Assembly (NCBI GenBank): GCA_013265495.1
Contig: MU058463.1
Coordinates: 3,641,037 to 3,705,036, forward strand
Source: Vicugna vicugna
Lineage: Eukaryota
Reading direction: 5' to 3'
DNA: 64,000 nucleotides
The notes under the pieces were generated by a model. It was not told the origin of the DNA and ran no database searches. It saw only the letters and a program-made list of their open reading frames with translations. Every line of letters begins with the position of its first letter. The first letter of the stretch is position 1. Of the stretch, positions 41,002 through 54,682 are shown piece after piece. The position numbers and the translations under genes are program-made.

Positions 41002-42799
41002 TCGATTTCCCTCTGCCCTCACAGCATGACTACATTTAATTTCTCAGCCTGATGCTGGATGTCCTTACCTGCTCGGCACTTTCCACTCTTGGCTGCCGCA
41101 GATGCTGCTTCTTTGATCTGCCTACACCTGCCCCCTGCCACACCTCCAGGACCCACGTCTTTTGGACCCTAGCTACCATGAGGGAGAGTGGCAATGGGCT
41201 TAGACCTAAGCAAGGAGAAGAAGCCAGAATCTCACAAATCCAACCACTCCAGGAAAACAATGCAAAATTGGAACCTATGCTTGCCTTCAAAGAGGCACAC
41301 TCCCAAAGGAATTTAATTGTGCATCACGGAATAAACGATGCCATTAATAGCTTCATAGAATTTTTGCTGTTTTTATTAAACAGTGTCACATATCAAGTGT
41401 GGCAGAATGGATTATAAGATTTTATTCTGAATACTCTATACTAATATTTAAGGTAAAATACAAAGTTTCAGATAATGAAAAGTACAAAATGTGTATTTGC
41501 TTTGGTTGTTCACCCTGACTGATGTCATCAGCTAGATGTGGAGACCCAACAAAAGAAGCTCAGATTGCCCAGAAACTTTCCGAGTTGAAGAGAGTAAGAA
41601 ATAAATTTTCATCCCTTAATTAAGACCATGTCTATTGCTTCGTGTCTTTTACACTGTGACAGAAGATGAAGAGCTGTGAGTCAAAGTGTGAAAAATAGAT
41701 TTTTATAGAAGCCCAGCCAAATGCTGCAGGGTCGAACAAAGGCTTGATTCCAAACCTCTGTGGCAGTTCAGTGGAAGGAAGACCTTATAATTTTGTGATT
41801 TTATGAGCAGTTGGAACTAACTTCAAGAAACCAATTCTCTGTGGATACGGTGAGAAATGCTAAAAAGAAATTTTGTTAACCATAACAACTACAAATGCTT
41901 TTCTTTCTGTAGACTTCAAAAATGTTTGGGAGAAAATGTGAGTTATCTGTTACGTGGAGTCAAAGCACACATTTTGAATAGAAGCACTTATCCATGTTAT
42001 AATCATGTAAGTTATTTTTCACTGCCCCATCAAGGAATGGCGCTCCCTTACAGAGCAGATTAAGAAAAAAATAGAGATTCTGGGAAACAAGGTATTACCA
42101 TGTCTTTACAATACAGCTTTTCCTAGGGTATGTTCAACATGAGAGAACTCTATCAGCTCTCTCCCAACTGCTCTTTCTCTCCTGTGAGGGTGTGGGAAGT
42201 ATTTATTAAAAGCTGCAATATGTTTCTCTCTCTACAGCTTACTTAAATTGTTTTTGCAGAGTATCAAACACATTTGCAAAATTAAAAGCCTCCATCTGAA
42301 AAATTTACTATGGTACTTCGTTTATGCCAAGAACTAAATCTTAGGCTTTAAGTTTTAGTTCAAAAAGAATCTTTATCTCTCTGAAAGAAGCATAGAATAC
42401 AGTGAGATCACTGTTATAATTCTTCAATTCTTTTGACTTTGAAAAAAAAATAGGCGCAGCTTTAGATATTTTTATAATTTGTTTCAATGAAGGAATCTTA
42501 AAGACTTTACATTAAAGAAATTAACAGGTCCATAGAGAAAGGTGAACAATTTGGGTATTTTAAATATAAGAAATGACCAAGAATTTCAGTGACTCTAATT
42601 CACCATGGTTCATTGAGATTATGGTTCAAAACAGAGTCGCTGGCTTAAGCAAGGAGACCAGTCATAAGATATCAGATCCCTCCAGTCTGGTTTCATTCAT
42701 GAGGGCTCAGAATGTTAGTGTCAGAAGGATTAGACTGTACCTCGGTGGATGATCATAGGGTCTTGATTAGTTTTGAGATTTAGCCTGTAACTCAGAATA

Positions 42800-43550
42800 T
42801 TTATTTATCATCTAACATGTGCCATGCATTGTGGTATGCACTGTAGATGAAGAAGTGAACAAGACAGACTCATTTCTTGCCCTTAAAAATCTAATAGTTG
42901 AAGAGATACGATAAAATAATAATTCCCTTTAAGAGACAAAACCTACGGGACAGAAAACTGAGAGCTTGAAAACATCTAGAAGGACCAGATGTGGATGTGG
43001 TGGGTCAGGTTGGGCCTCCCAGAACCTGAATCAAAGACACCTAAGCTGACACCTAATGGATGGGTAGCAGTTATCCATGCAATGGCGATGACGGAGGAGC
43101 GAGACGCCTGCAGGTCAGAGAGTGTGTGGGTGGGCTTTACTTGTGGGTGGAGCATAATAAGGAATAGGAGTGGGACGACCTGTGGAGGTAAGATCATGGT
43201 GGGCTTTGGAAACCAGGTTAAGGGGTACAGCTGTTGTCCGGTGGCAATGAGAAGCCACAGAAGGCCTTCATCAGAAGAAAGATGTGATCAGGTTTGTGTT
43301 TTAAGAAGATCACTCTACAGTGAGGCAGATGGATTGACAGGCAGAAGGTATCACTGACAGCAGAGGGACTGGTGAGGAGATGTAATAGTAATCTGGGCTA
43401 CAGTAATAGTGGGGATGATGCAGTGTCTTGGTTCTTGAGATACTCCTAGGAGAAGCATCCAAAGTCACCTGTTGATTATGGGGAACAAAGCAATGGAAAC
43501 AGTCAAGGTCACCCCACCCCAACCCCCAGCTTTCTGTCTTGAGAAGAAAT
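42800..43550. mobile_element. L2 LINE fragment
   Basis: atttatttatcatctaacatgtgcca...gtgaacaagacagac...gatgtgatcaggtttgtgttttaagaagatcactct. Boundaries approximate. Confidence 0.6.
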
Positions 43551-46174
43551 ATGAGAAGTATGCAATAGGAAGATAGGAAGGAATTCTCTTACTGGAATAC
43601 TAACAAGGTATGTCTTAGCAAATACGAAGCTCTTGCATAAATGGAAGTATAATAGGACAAATAGTTCAGAATATTTTTTCTACTTCTGATGAAGGATGCT
43701 TTATGGACTGGAAAGACCTATATCACTAGATGTTTTTCAATCTCCATATGGGAGCAGCTGGTTTTAGGCTATAGATAGTTGAATATTTCTCTTCAGTGTT
43801 GGCTCATGAAAACACGAAACTGCTACTGCTAAAAGTCATGCAGTTTCTCCCTGAATAAATGAAAATTCTGTGCACATCTACATTTGTTCAGGTTGTTGTG
43901 TTCCTAGAAGGAGCTCAGGGACACCTGCTTACATTCTGATCAATGACTAAAGTTTATTCCGCCCCTAACTGCGAATTAAATATACAGCTGCTGGAAATGT
44001 CAGCAAAGTCACATAAAAAGAACTCTGATTCACCACTGTTACACTATTAAATAATCAGAGCTCCTGTCACATTGAATTGGATGTAAAAGTGCCTTGTGGC
44101 TGTTATTCCTACAGGGAGGCATGTTAAAATGCCCCCTCTCTGTACCCATTAAAATCCAGTGGGCCACATAGATACATTGTAGACACAAGAGACTGAACAT
44201 ATTGAATGAAGTCACTTTTTTAAATGGGCAGCTTAGTCGTTCCTATTTGTTCTGCAATAATTCTTGAATATCCTGGCTGATTATCATCAAATCTGGTGTA
44301 AATGCTAAAGAATAATCAGACACTGCTTACATGAGATTTGTAGATCAAGCTGCCATCTGAAAACAACATAATGGTCAACATTTGAAAATTTCTTCTTTAT
44401 AGTAATCCTGTCTGTATAAGGAAGATGTCCTCTTTTTATAGATATTTTGTTAGGAGTTGCTGAAACACAAAGAACTTTTTATAAGATTAGCCCCTTCTAG
44501 TAAACAAAAGACAGAACTCATGAGAAAGTTACCATTATCTGCCAATATAGCACATTTGCCAGAAGAAGGAAGGGAGAGATGAGAAAGTTAGAATAAGGGG
44601 AAAGTAAGGGAGGGAGGACAGGAGAGAGGGAGGGAGAAAGAGACAGGGGAGGAGAGAGAGAGAGAGAGATACATTTTATGGAAGCAGCCACTAAGGGAGA
44701 AGTTGGCTACAGTAGCCACTGTTGGCTATTCCACACGTGGTTAAGTCTAGCCACTTCCAACATGGGTTGGGAATCTCCTGAAACTGTTACTGATAAAAAG
44801 AAAAATCTGCCCCAACCAATGCCACTATGAAGACATTGTTCTACTTAACAAAGATATTTCCAGTGGCAGGGTCGACACCAAAAGTCCGCTGTTATTTCAG
44901 TTACTAGAAAATCTCTAGGAGACAAGCACTTTCTCTCTCTCCTGTCATTTTAACGACAATTTTCTAGAAAAGCTGTATCTAACTGTAGTCCTTTAACTGC
45001 TGGTGGCGGAGGGGGATTAGAAAGGAAGGGACCGTAGGGAGATGAAGGATGGGAAGGAGAAGTGAGTCTGAGCTGTTTCGCCCCAGATCTCCTGTTCTCC
45101 TCTAGTAGGGACGTCGGAAGAATTCAAGTTTAGGTCCAGGATGTGTTTTCTTTCTGAAGAAGATTATTTAATATATTTTAGCTATAGTTAGTTTCCTTTT
45201 CTATAAAATAGCTTGCATGAATATATTTCTCATGGGGCTGGTTGTTGTGAGGATTAAATGTATAAAAAGGCATGTCAGAGGTGCTCAATAAATGCTGCTC
45301 TCTAAGCAGCAACTGCTCTTTAACTGCCTTGGTACCTTCCTACCTCAGACACCCCAGCAGCTCATGATAAAAACACACAAACAGAAAAAGCAAAATAAAA
45401 CATTAATGTAGAAAACCAACTAAAAGACATAAGACCTTTGCCAATGAGTGTTATCACACCGTCCTTTCTCCTAGTGGCTTCAAAGCACTTTTCCATATGT
45501 TAATTTGCTTTCTTCATCCCAGAATATTGAGACTATGATTCCCAGCTACATATTTATTATGACAAAATTTCAGGTCAGCAGAACAATGTGGACTTCTAAT
45601 ACAGTGCACTCCGGTGCATTTATCTGTTAGCAATTAATAAGCTCTTTCAGTGAAAGATATGACATATAGTGAATTATAAGATATTTGCAGAACTCAAAAT
45701 GGAAATGCAAGGTTAAAATCTGCTGGAATATTTTGTGAGCCCTTATGAGTTGTGGATCTGCAATTCTGAAGACTCTGAACATCCTTTCCAACATCTGTAA
45801 GCATCTATATGAAGATGCAATCACCAGTTTGGCTCAGCTTCTCCAAAATACGTTTTCCTCTAATTAAATTTCACTAATTTTTCATTTCAGTCCCAGTACT
45901 CTGTTCCCAACAGACAACAAAACACTAAGTTGTCTTCGTGCAAATAAGAAGTACCAAACTGAGGCCAAGAGAGTGCAGTTGATTCCAGAAGAGTGCAGCA
46001 CGTTCTCTGCTGGCAGGAAACACATGGGCTATAAATGTGTGCTCATTTAGACACTAAAGAAAAATAAAAGGCTTGTTTAAAAAAAGAAGAAAGAGAGAAA
46101 GAGAGGGAGGGAGGGGGGAATTCCTAACCTAGAACTTTGGGAACATGAAAAGAGAGTTAGGTAAAGTCACTTAC

Positions 46175-46231
46175 CGCTTTGTGTCTCTGAGAGCTGAAGG
46201 TTTCACTTTAATAAGACTGTCCAAAGCTTTG
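46175..46231 (-). CDS. SCEL: Sciellin repeat exon KALDSLIKVKPSALRDTK
   Basis: gaatag| ... |gtaagt, 57 bp, phase 2-2. Confidence 0.92.
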
Positions 46232-46370
46232 CTATTCAAAAGAGAAAAAACATAAACTCAGATTAGTGACAGGTTTTTTTGCTTGTGCTGGGTCAGTAAA
46301 GCGATATAAACCCACTCCACTCAGGGGCAACAGACGCAAGAACAGGAAATGGTTGTTTTTATTTGATTAC

Positions 46371-46430
46371 CTTTGATTACTTCTGATTACTTCAGGGTTC
46401 ACTTTGATGAGGTTATCGAGATCCTGGTTT
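46371..46430 (-). CDS. SCEL: Sciellin repeat exon NQDLDNLIKVNPEVIRSNQ
   Basis: tttaaag| ... AG|gtaatc, 60 bp. Confidence 0.92.
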
Positions 46431-46569
46431 CTTTAAACAGAAAAACAAAAGAAAGCAGGTTAATTATAAAGTTCTTTTGATAAGATCTTAAGGTTATAAA
46501 TCTGCTTGAAATAATAGTGAAACAAAATATTCTTCCCAGTCAAAGCACAGAAATTAACAGTTCCATTAC

Positions 46570-46629
46570 CTTCGGTCGTTGGTGAGAGTTTCCGGATTCA
46601 CTTTGATGAGCTTATCAAGATCTTGACTC
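46570..46629 (-). CDS. SCEL: Sciellin repeat exon SQDLDKLIKVNPETLTNDR
   Basis: cttaaag| ... AG|gtaatg, 60 bp. Confidence 0.93.
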
Positions 46630-49600
46630 CTTTAAGTAGAAAAAAAATTAAAGCAGCTTGTATTAGAGATAATACAGGTCTAAAATGGTTGGAATTGGAA
46701 GAAAGGATTAGCTATTTTAACATTTAGTGTGAGACATATTGGTTTGGCATAGAATAGTCTTGAAATAAATTTTCTAACCAATCCAGGGAGGATGAATTAT
46801 ACTGGATCAGAAGAAAAATTACTCTGACTTCACACACTTCATTGTCAGAGCCTATCTACAAGGGCATGTGGACAAAGAGTTCATAGCAACATCTGGCAGT
46901 TAACCACTTCTCACTCTGGAATGTTATACCATTATGAAGATACAAACTGATTCTAATGTCGAATGTTGTTATTCTTAAAATCATATTCACCAACTAAAGA
47001 TTTCTTTTTTAAAAAAAAATAAGCTTCAAAACTGGGATTATACTTAACATGAGGCTTGGCAAAGAGATCTGGTAATCCATCAAAACTGACTTTTCTCTCC
47101 TCTAAGATGACTTAAAAAGCTGAATTAAACTCAGTTGTTTATAATCAAATTAGTGACATAGTCTGAAAACTGTCCACTTCCTAGTTGAACCTACCAGTTT
47201 CTTTCCTCATTCAGAGAACACTATTTCCTCCCACAGGTTTACTGTCATTCACTGCCTCAGTATAATACTTTACTTTTTATGGCTGGAGAGTAGTGATGTT
47301 TCAAAGTGTTCCTCTAAACCACTTTATAATATTTATTCAAAGAAATAGAATAGCTCGCAATGGCAGGAAATCTCAGGATTGATAACACCTGCTTCTAGTA
47401 AATTTTGGACCACAACCTGCCTGTACTTCCTTCTCTCCTAAAGTGCTTTTCCTTTATATAAAATATAATAAAATATAATATAATACAGTTTATTCTTCGA
47501 AAAGACTGATGCAAGGTTAGGAACTGAAGGGGAGGCACTTAGAGGTTAATCATCAAAAAGTCTGAGAAAAGTTCTGCATTTCACTCCCTGAACCCTAAGC
47601 CTTTCCATAGAATGTGCTTCCCAGTTCATGGCTTCACTAAATTTTATCTCTTCATCCCTTTTCTCAGATCTCCCTGGTATACAGAAAGCCTCTAAATAAA
47701 TTTTCACTGTTTTGAATTATCTTTAAGAATAACATTCTCAATTAAAGATAATCAGCTGGTGTCTACAAATACTATTAAAGGAATAATAAAGCATATGAAA
47801 ACTATCCAAAACATAATTTTCCTGTATACATTGATTGCACAATCTAAAATTAAACATGCCTGAAAGACAATCTTTAAAATGAGGTTAACTTCATATATTA
47901 AAAGAAAAAACACAAAGAATAAAACTTTGTAGAGGAAATAATATGCTCAAAGGCTACAATCCTTTAATACATAAAATCAGTCACTATGTTTTTAGTGTCA
48001 CTACATATAATACTCACCTACCAGCAAAATTAAGAGTAAGCTTAGAAAAAAGAGTAAGCTTTATTTTAAAAATGCAAACACAAACATGAGAACTTCTGTT
48101 TTCCCTGTTCTGCCTGGTACAGAAAACTTGGTTCACCTAAAACCTTAGAACTGTAATATTCACAACCACTATTTCATAAAGCTCATTAAAAAATACATTT
48201 TACATCACTGCCCAATACTTTCTCTTTTCAGTCAACAGACACACAATAAAACATAAATTTCATGAAATTATGCCCTAACTGTATAAGAACTCTTGTATTC
48301 TCTACTCTTTTATTCTAGTTAATTGGGGTGGGGGGGAAGGCTGACTGCCACTCTCTAAATTAATTACAAGACCATTTAATGGGTTGTGACCCACAATTTC
48401 AGAAACACTAGCTTAGAAAACATATGAACGCCTGCTATGTTTTACCACTTCTCCTAAAAAGACAATACTGTGCGTTAATACAACAGCGATCTCAGTAATA
48501 GTCCTGAGTTGCCTTGATTGATAGCATCATGCAACTCATCTCAACAAACTGAAAACAACAAATCTATAGACACTTTTTACAGGCCCTGGAGTCTACAAAC
48601 ACAGGAATCTTCAACCTAAATTTTATCTAGGAAAAATGCAACATTTTTCCCACTCAAGTTACTGCTTTAAGGATAAAGGGCTACATTGGAATACTTAGCT
48701 ATTATTACTTTCATGTAGTTCAAAAGCTGTAATGTGTTTTGCACTCATTGGCATAATTGTGCCATGGTCACTTGAAGTGACCCTGTGGAAGCGGTAAAGA
48801 ACACCCTCGGCTGCCCCATGGCAAGAGCAGCAATCCCAGCTGCAGAGTCTCCACCGTTTCCCAAGGTGCTGAATCAACTTTCATTTATTTTAAGATCAAA
48901 GCCCATGTGTTATGGTTTAAAGACCAGGAGTTGGGCTGGGAGTTAGAAGAACTCACAGAAGACTGTGGGATCCTGCCCCTGGCCTCAGTATTCTCATCTG
49001 TAAAATGAGGAGATTGGACTGGGTCATCTCTAAGCCTCTGCTCATATCTAACAGCTTCTACTCCTAGGAATCCGTGAATATGAATTTCACTGCCTGTCAT
49101 TTTTATTAAATTAGCTTCTTAATGTCTCTTTTTCTTTTAAATGCAACTAGCTGGCAATACATTCTATATTCAGCAAGCGGCACAGGAGTATCCTAAAATG
49201 TAATATATTAAATTGACAACCTATTATTGTCTTGGAGTCACATCCCTGTGCCCCCAGTTCATAATTAGCTTTAATCTATGATAATTGCCTGCTGTTAATA
49301 AGATTGAGTATGTCTACTGAATTCTCTTTCTGGCATCCACAGCCTATAATTACACCTGACGCACAACTAATGATACCTAGTTGTAAGCTTCAAACCCAGT
49401 AGGTGCTCAGTAATTATTCACTGCCTAACAGATCATAGAACTACTATTAGTCTTCCACTAGTTTTCTCTCTGATCCTGGTCAAATCACTTAACCTTTCTG
49501 AGTCTTAATTTCCTCTTCTGTAAATTGAATACATTCAAACAGAACAGTGGTTTGCAAAATTGTTCAAACTAATTGGGCTACAAGTTCTCTGAGGTTCCTT

Positions 49601-50152
49601 CCTGCCATCTCCAAAATTTCGCCTTTTTTTAATGTCCCAACAAAACTCAAAAAGGTGAAATCACTACTACCTAAAGCATTATCAAGTTTTGGGTCCATTT
49701 CTTTGGTGGAAGCAGCAAACAATGAATCTAAGAATCAATGAATCTCATAAAATTTCCACTGACCATCAGAAAACGCTCTGCGAAAACAAGATGAAGGATA
49801 TTGCTGGCAATGAATCTAATGACGTGTCAGCTTTTTAAAAAACTTAACTATCATTAATAAATTTTAACCAAATTCAGAGACAAAAGTGTTAGCATCAATA
49901 CTACAAAGCATAGACAGGGCATAGACTAGCCCTATGCCTACCCCACTCACTCCCTTCTACTGTTTTACCTGAGCTGCCTTCTGTCTCTCAGCAAGTAGAT
50001 AGCTAAGTTTCCAGGGACATATAAGGATGGTGATGATTATTTCAAGATTTATATTCAATTTGCCCAAAGAATGATTATAAGTCATTTATATTCATATTGT
50101 GTTTAGTTAAGGAGAAACAAAACAAAGTAAATAAATAGTATCTTTCTCTTAC

Positions 50153-50215
50153 CCAGTCGTGTCTTTGACAGCTTTGAGGCTTACATTAATAAGTCTATCA
50201 AGACCTTGTTCACTG
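50153..50215 (-). CDS. SCEL: Sciellin repeat exon (S)EQGLDRLINVSLKAVKDTT (NAGNAG acceptor, 63 or 60 bp)
   Basis: ttcag|cag| ... GG|gtaaga. Confidence 0.9.
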
Positions 50216-51147
50216 CTGAATCAAAATAAAATAAAAAGTCAAATTCAGTTGGAAATCAGTAAATTTTATGACTGGCAGTTTTTCTTTGGACAGAATCCTA
50301 CACAAAAAGTGATACATTTACTGAGTTTCTACTATATGTACGTTAGTTATCTTTTTTAAAACCTCAAAACAACTACATGAGTTAAATATTACCATTCTCT
50401 GTTTATGAATAAATTGAGTTTCAAGGAAGTTAAGACCCTCCTTGGGCCAGATACCTAAGAAATGACTGCGGGTGAACCAGGATTGGGACTATAGCAACTG
50501 GATCCCAAACCGCAAGCTCCTTCCCGCTAACATCCTTCCTCTCTCTGTTTGCAGTAATTCCTTACATTTGCACAATGCTTTTCACAAACATTACCATCAC
50601 AATAATTTCAAGAGGTAGCTTGGAGTTACGCTGTCATACTTTTCTTAACTTCTGCTCCAGTGAATAATGGGTCTTAACTTCTCAAGAAGATAGGAGTATA
50701 TTCAAAGTCATGCAAAAATATTCTAATCACATATGAGAATGTTATGTTGCCAGTTTTCTGAAGTCATTTAAAAATCAATCCTTGGGTTTGTGAAAGAGAA
50801 GAAAGTCAATATTCTTTGGTTTATTCAGTTTTATGAACTTACAATTTATTAACTATAAATTCACAGTAATAATCTACTTATGCTATTACTGTGTTAAATG
50901 AATTTCTCAGTCATTATACTTCAATATTTTGCTTCAATATTACAATGTAAACAATATTGTAATGTAATAAATTGAAGCAACAATAACAGAAAAATCTATC
51001 TAGCATTATTACACATCAACAAATCAATCTGTTCTCATTTTTTTTTTCATGTCTCCTTTCAAATGTCCTTAGTCAAATAACTAATCATATTTGGGGGCAT
51101 AAATTGAAGACTTACTCATGAGCTTCCAATAATCTCAATAAGCTTAC

Positions 51148-51198
51148 CTTTTATTTGCTGAGGGAATCACTTTGATAAGATTGTCCAGGTCTCGGTTC
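51148..51198 (-). CDS. SCEL: Sciellin repeat exon NRDLDNLIKVIPSANK
   Basis: tttttag| ... AG|gtaagc, 51 bp. Confidence 0.92.
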
Positions 51199-51538
51199 CT
51201 AAAAAATGTTGTAAGTTTCAATAGCTTATAAAAATCAAGAAAATTGATTATAATTTGTACCTCATTTCTATTTTAAGATTGAATTAAGGGATTGTTGCTA
51301 ATTCAAAACTTCATCATTACTTCTCTTTTTAGCCCTCTGTAAAAGCAGGTGGTTACTATCAATTCACTTCTTACACAATGTATATATGAGAATTTAATTT
51401 AGTTTTATTCTTGATTTCTTTCAAGACAACCTCAAATTTAAATTGCTCTTAAACTCTTTATTTTCCATATTACATTTTGTACTAGAATGAGCATTTAGAA
51501 TATTTTTGAAGGTTGCAATGAACAAGAGAAAAATTAAA

Positions 51539-51640
51539 GGGGGTGGGTTATAGCTCAATGGTAGAGCACATTCTTAGTATATGCACAAGGTCCTGGGTTC
51601 AATAACCAGGACCTCCATTTAAAAAGAAAAAAATTTTTTA
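51539..51640 (+). mobile_element. Short tRNA-derived SINE (camelid-type)
   Basis: A box (TAGCTCAATGG) and B box (GGTTCAATAACC), A-rich tail, [15 protein letters not shown] (51524-51535 / 51641-51652). Confidence 0.88.
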
Positions 51641-52960
51641 AAGAGAAAAATTTAAATTGTTCATCATTTCCATGTATTCCTTGTTTCCCTTCCCTCAAGA
51701 CAAGACAAAACAAAACAAAAGCCTGGGACTTTTTTTTTTTTAAGGGTTTATTTCCTGATTCTAAGGTATGGCGGAATACACATAATATGAATATTTAACA
51801 TTGAGGCTACATTGATATATTAATTTAGAATCAGCTTCATGCAATGCTAAATCAGAACAAGGAAGACTTTAGATTATGTAACTTTCTTTTCTTTTATCTT
51901 AAATACGTAAGTAGGCAATAATAGCTTTAAAAGGACATTTCTGTTATCACACTGGGTCTTCATACCAACTCTAATAGCAAAAAGCCTGAACAAGACGCCT
52001 AATTTGATGTACCTTCTTATTGGACAATTCGTAGTATATCCTCAAGAGAAAAAAGACAGAAAGGCTTACATCACTTAACTAACCTTTAGGATTAACCTAT
52101 AAACTAATTTTGTCATGTACATACCCCTCCACATAAATTACTGCAGTCTATTACACTGAATGATGTGAAATTGTCGTTTTGTGGGTCAAAAATGGTTGAA
52201 TGTTAAAAATTTTACATTGTTCAAGTTAATAGGATAATTTCTTTGGTATCTTCTTTGAGTTAAGCACTAAGTGGTACAATGAGGGCCCAAGGATGAAGAA
52301 AAACAGTAACAGTAATAATAATATCCACAGATAATGTCTAATAAGTACTTGAGCGATTAAGTGCTTCAGAAGTGTGTCCTCACCTAATCTTCCTAGAAAA
52401 TTCATGAAGAAGGTAACTTTTACAATCCCCACTTTACAGATAAAGAAGATGAGGTTTAATGGAGGTTAAATGATTTGTACAAGACTGCATAGCTAATAAT
52501 GTTCTCTGAACACAAACTTTTCACTGCTAAGGGGAAGAGATGGATATGTGACCTAACGCATTACATGGCAGAGTGTGGGTACTAAAACAGAGGCTCACAC
52601 ACTACAGGGGAAGGGTCATATCATCAAGGCCAATTTCACCTTTACAAACTAAGTCATCTTGGAAGAGGGACAAGGGATACCTGTCTTTCACTGAATCTTA
52701 ATCTGCAATGCAAAGTATTACATGGTCTCTGGATTCAGTATCTGACCCTCAGACAGTGACAATAATGTTTTGTTCTTATTTAGTAAACAAAATCTAAGAT
52801 GATTTAGCACTAAATATTCAGATAAAAGAATGGTGAAATCTGTGGTCTAAACATAAAGCAAATGAAACAATATACACAAGGGAGGCTGTGCTTCGAAGGC
52901 CACCCTAAGTATGTTCAGAGTTGATCCTTTTCACCCACTCAGGTGAAATACTGCTTAGTC

Positions 52961-53167
52961 CAGGAGTCAGCAATCTATGACCCTCAAGCTAAACCCAGTC
53001 TATAGGCTGGTTTTATAAATAAAATTTTATTGGAACACAATCATGCCCATTCACTTACAATGTATTATCTATGGTAGCTAGTTGACTAGTTAAAATAGAG
53101 ACTATTTCAGCGACCCTAGCCTGAAATATTTACTCTCTAGCCTTTAAGCAGAAGTTTCTGACTCCTG
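52961..53167. mobile_element. MER58A-like hAT-Charlie MITE
   Basis: Terminal inverted repeats CAGGAGTCAG...CTGACTCCTG, with internal ttttattggaacaca..catgcccattca...gcctgaaatatttactct. Confidence 0.85.
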
Positions 53168-53451
53168 ATCGAGGCTAATAAACTTTATATACTAGCTACC
53201 TACTGTAAAAATAAAATTCCTATGTATAAAGTAAGATAGAAAATCTGTCACAAAGAAGACATATACTTTGGCATCTTTTGCATTTAATTCATGTTCAAAC
53301 TAGCATAACAATATATGTTTAATAGACTTACGGTTTTGTTATATCTCTTTGTTTACACAAAATCATGTGCCTTAAAGAAAATTCTCTCTATAAAAGACAA
53401 ATGTCACTCTTTGTATTCTTTATTATTTCAATGAACTGAGTATAATTTTTA

Positions 53452-53544
53452 TTTTATTTTTTAATGGAGGACATGGGAATCGAACCCAGGACCTTGTGCA
53501 TGCTAAGCATACGTTCTACCACTGATCTATACTCACCCCCACCA
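53452..53544 (-). mobile_element. Short tRNA-derived SINE (camelid-type)
   Basis: Same family as 51539. TSD AGTATAATTTTTA (53439-53451 / 53545-53557). Confidence 0.9.
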
Positions 53545-53976
53545 AGTATAATTTTTAAAAATGACCTCCCAACTTTAGGAATTGTTTGAGTATAAACAGT
53601 AAGAGGACAGGGTAAAAACGAAGGATGAAGGAAGATTTTTCTTTACATAAAGACCTCTTGGCTGCTTATCTCTGGGAAGTTGTTGGGGGAAGATGTTTCA
53701 TCTCATGGAGAATTTTGATTCTTTCTGGGGAAATCCCAAGCATGGAACACATATCCCCCACTGATAAGAGATGACTCCCATATTTTAAAGAATTCCTCCA
53801 CTAATATTCACAACCAGGAGCCCTGAATAAGGCCTTTAACACAAGGTTTCTGACACAGAGCTGTTGATTTTGGGTCCCATTATTGGCTGTCTCTGTGGTG
53901 AGACAATGAATTTCATCACAATTATTTGAGCTGAATAGAAAAGAATGGAGAAACAGAAGAGTTCCATAAATCTCAC

Positions 53977-54036
53977 CCTTGGTTAGTTCTGTTTGTTTCA
54001 GGAGCCACTTTGATGAGGCTGTCAAGACTTTGGCCC
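53977..54036 (-). CDS. SCEL: Sciellin repeat exon GQSLDSLIKVAPETNRTNQ
   Basis: tttaaag| ... GG|gtgaga, 60 bp. Confidence 0.93.
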
Positions 54037-54350
54037 CTTTAAAACATTGAAGAAATGATCAAATCAATGGTCAGTTTATAGCAACTGGTTGCAGATGTTT
54101 ATTAAAACTGAGAAACATTTTATTCTAAAAATATTTAACTATAAAATATTTATTAAAATAGAGATCATCTCAAAGGGTTGGAGTTTTTTTCAGTTTTGAC
54201 TCTGAACATATATATTTGGATATAACTATAACTGCATAAAAATAATAAATAATAATCAATGGTTTTAGAAGCCTCATGATGTGCCAGGCACTGTTCTAAG
54301 TGATTTACATGATTTACATAATTTAATCCTCACATCAATTTATGAAATAG

Positions 54351-54682
54351 TGTAAAAAAAATTAATAAAACAGAAACCACAATGAAATAGAGTTAGGAGA
54401 CCAGCAGGGGGAGCTCTCACTTGCTGCCATGATAGCGGAGCCCAAAAGGAAGAAGACAGGCTCCTCTTCTCCCCTGCCAGGACTCAGCCATTGAAAACCC
54501 TGTGGACTCTTTGTTTTCTATCCCCTCCCAACTTCCTTGTCCTCTATAAAAGTGTTCTTCCCTTGCCCTTCAGGGACTTGCATGTGGCTTGTAATGGTTG
54601 CAGATCGCAAATGGCAATTCTCTGCTGATCCTGAATAAATGCTGGGCAGGAGAAGTATCTGGCAGTCTGTTTCAGGTCAACA
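54351..54682 (+). mobile_element. ERV solo LTR inserted into a MIR
   Basis: TG...CA ends, TATA-like CTATAAAA (~54544), AATAAA (~54634). The MIR consensus is split on either side. Confidence 0.7.
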
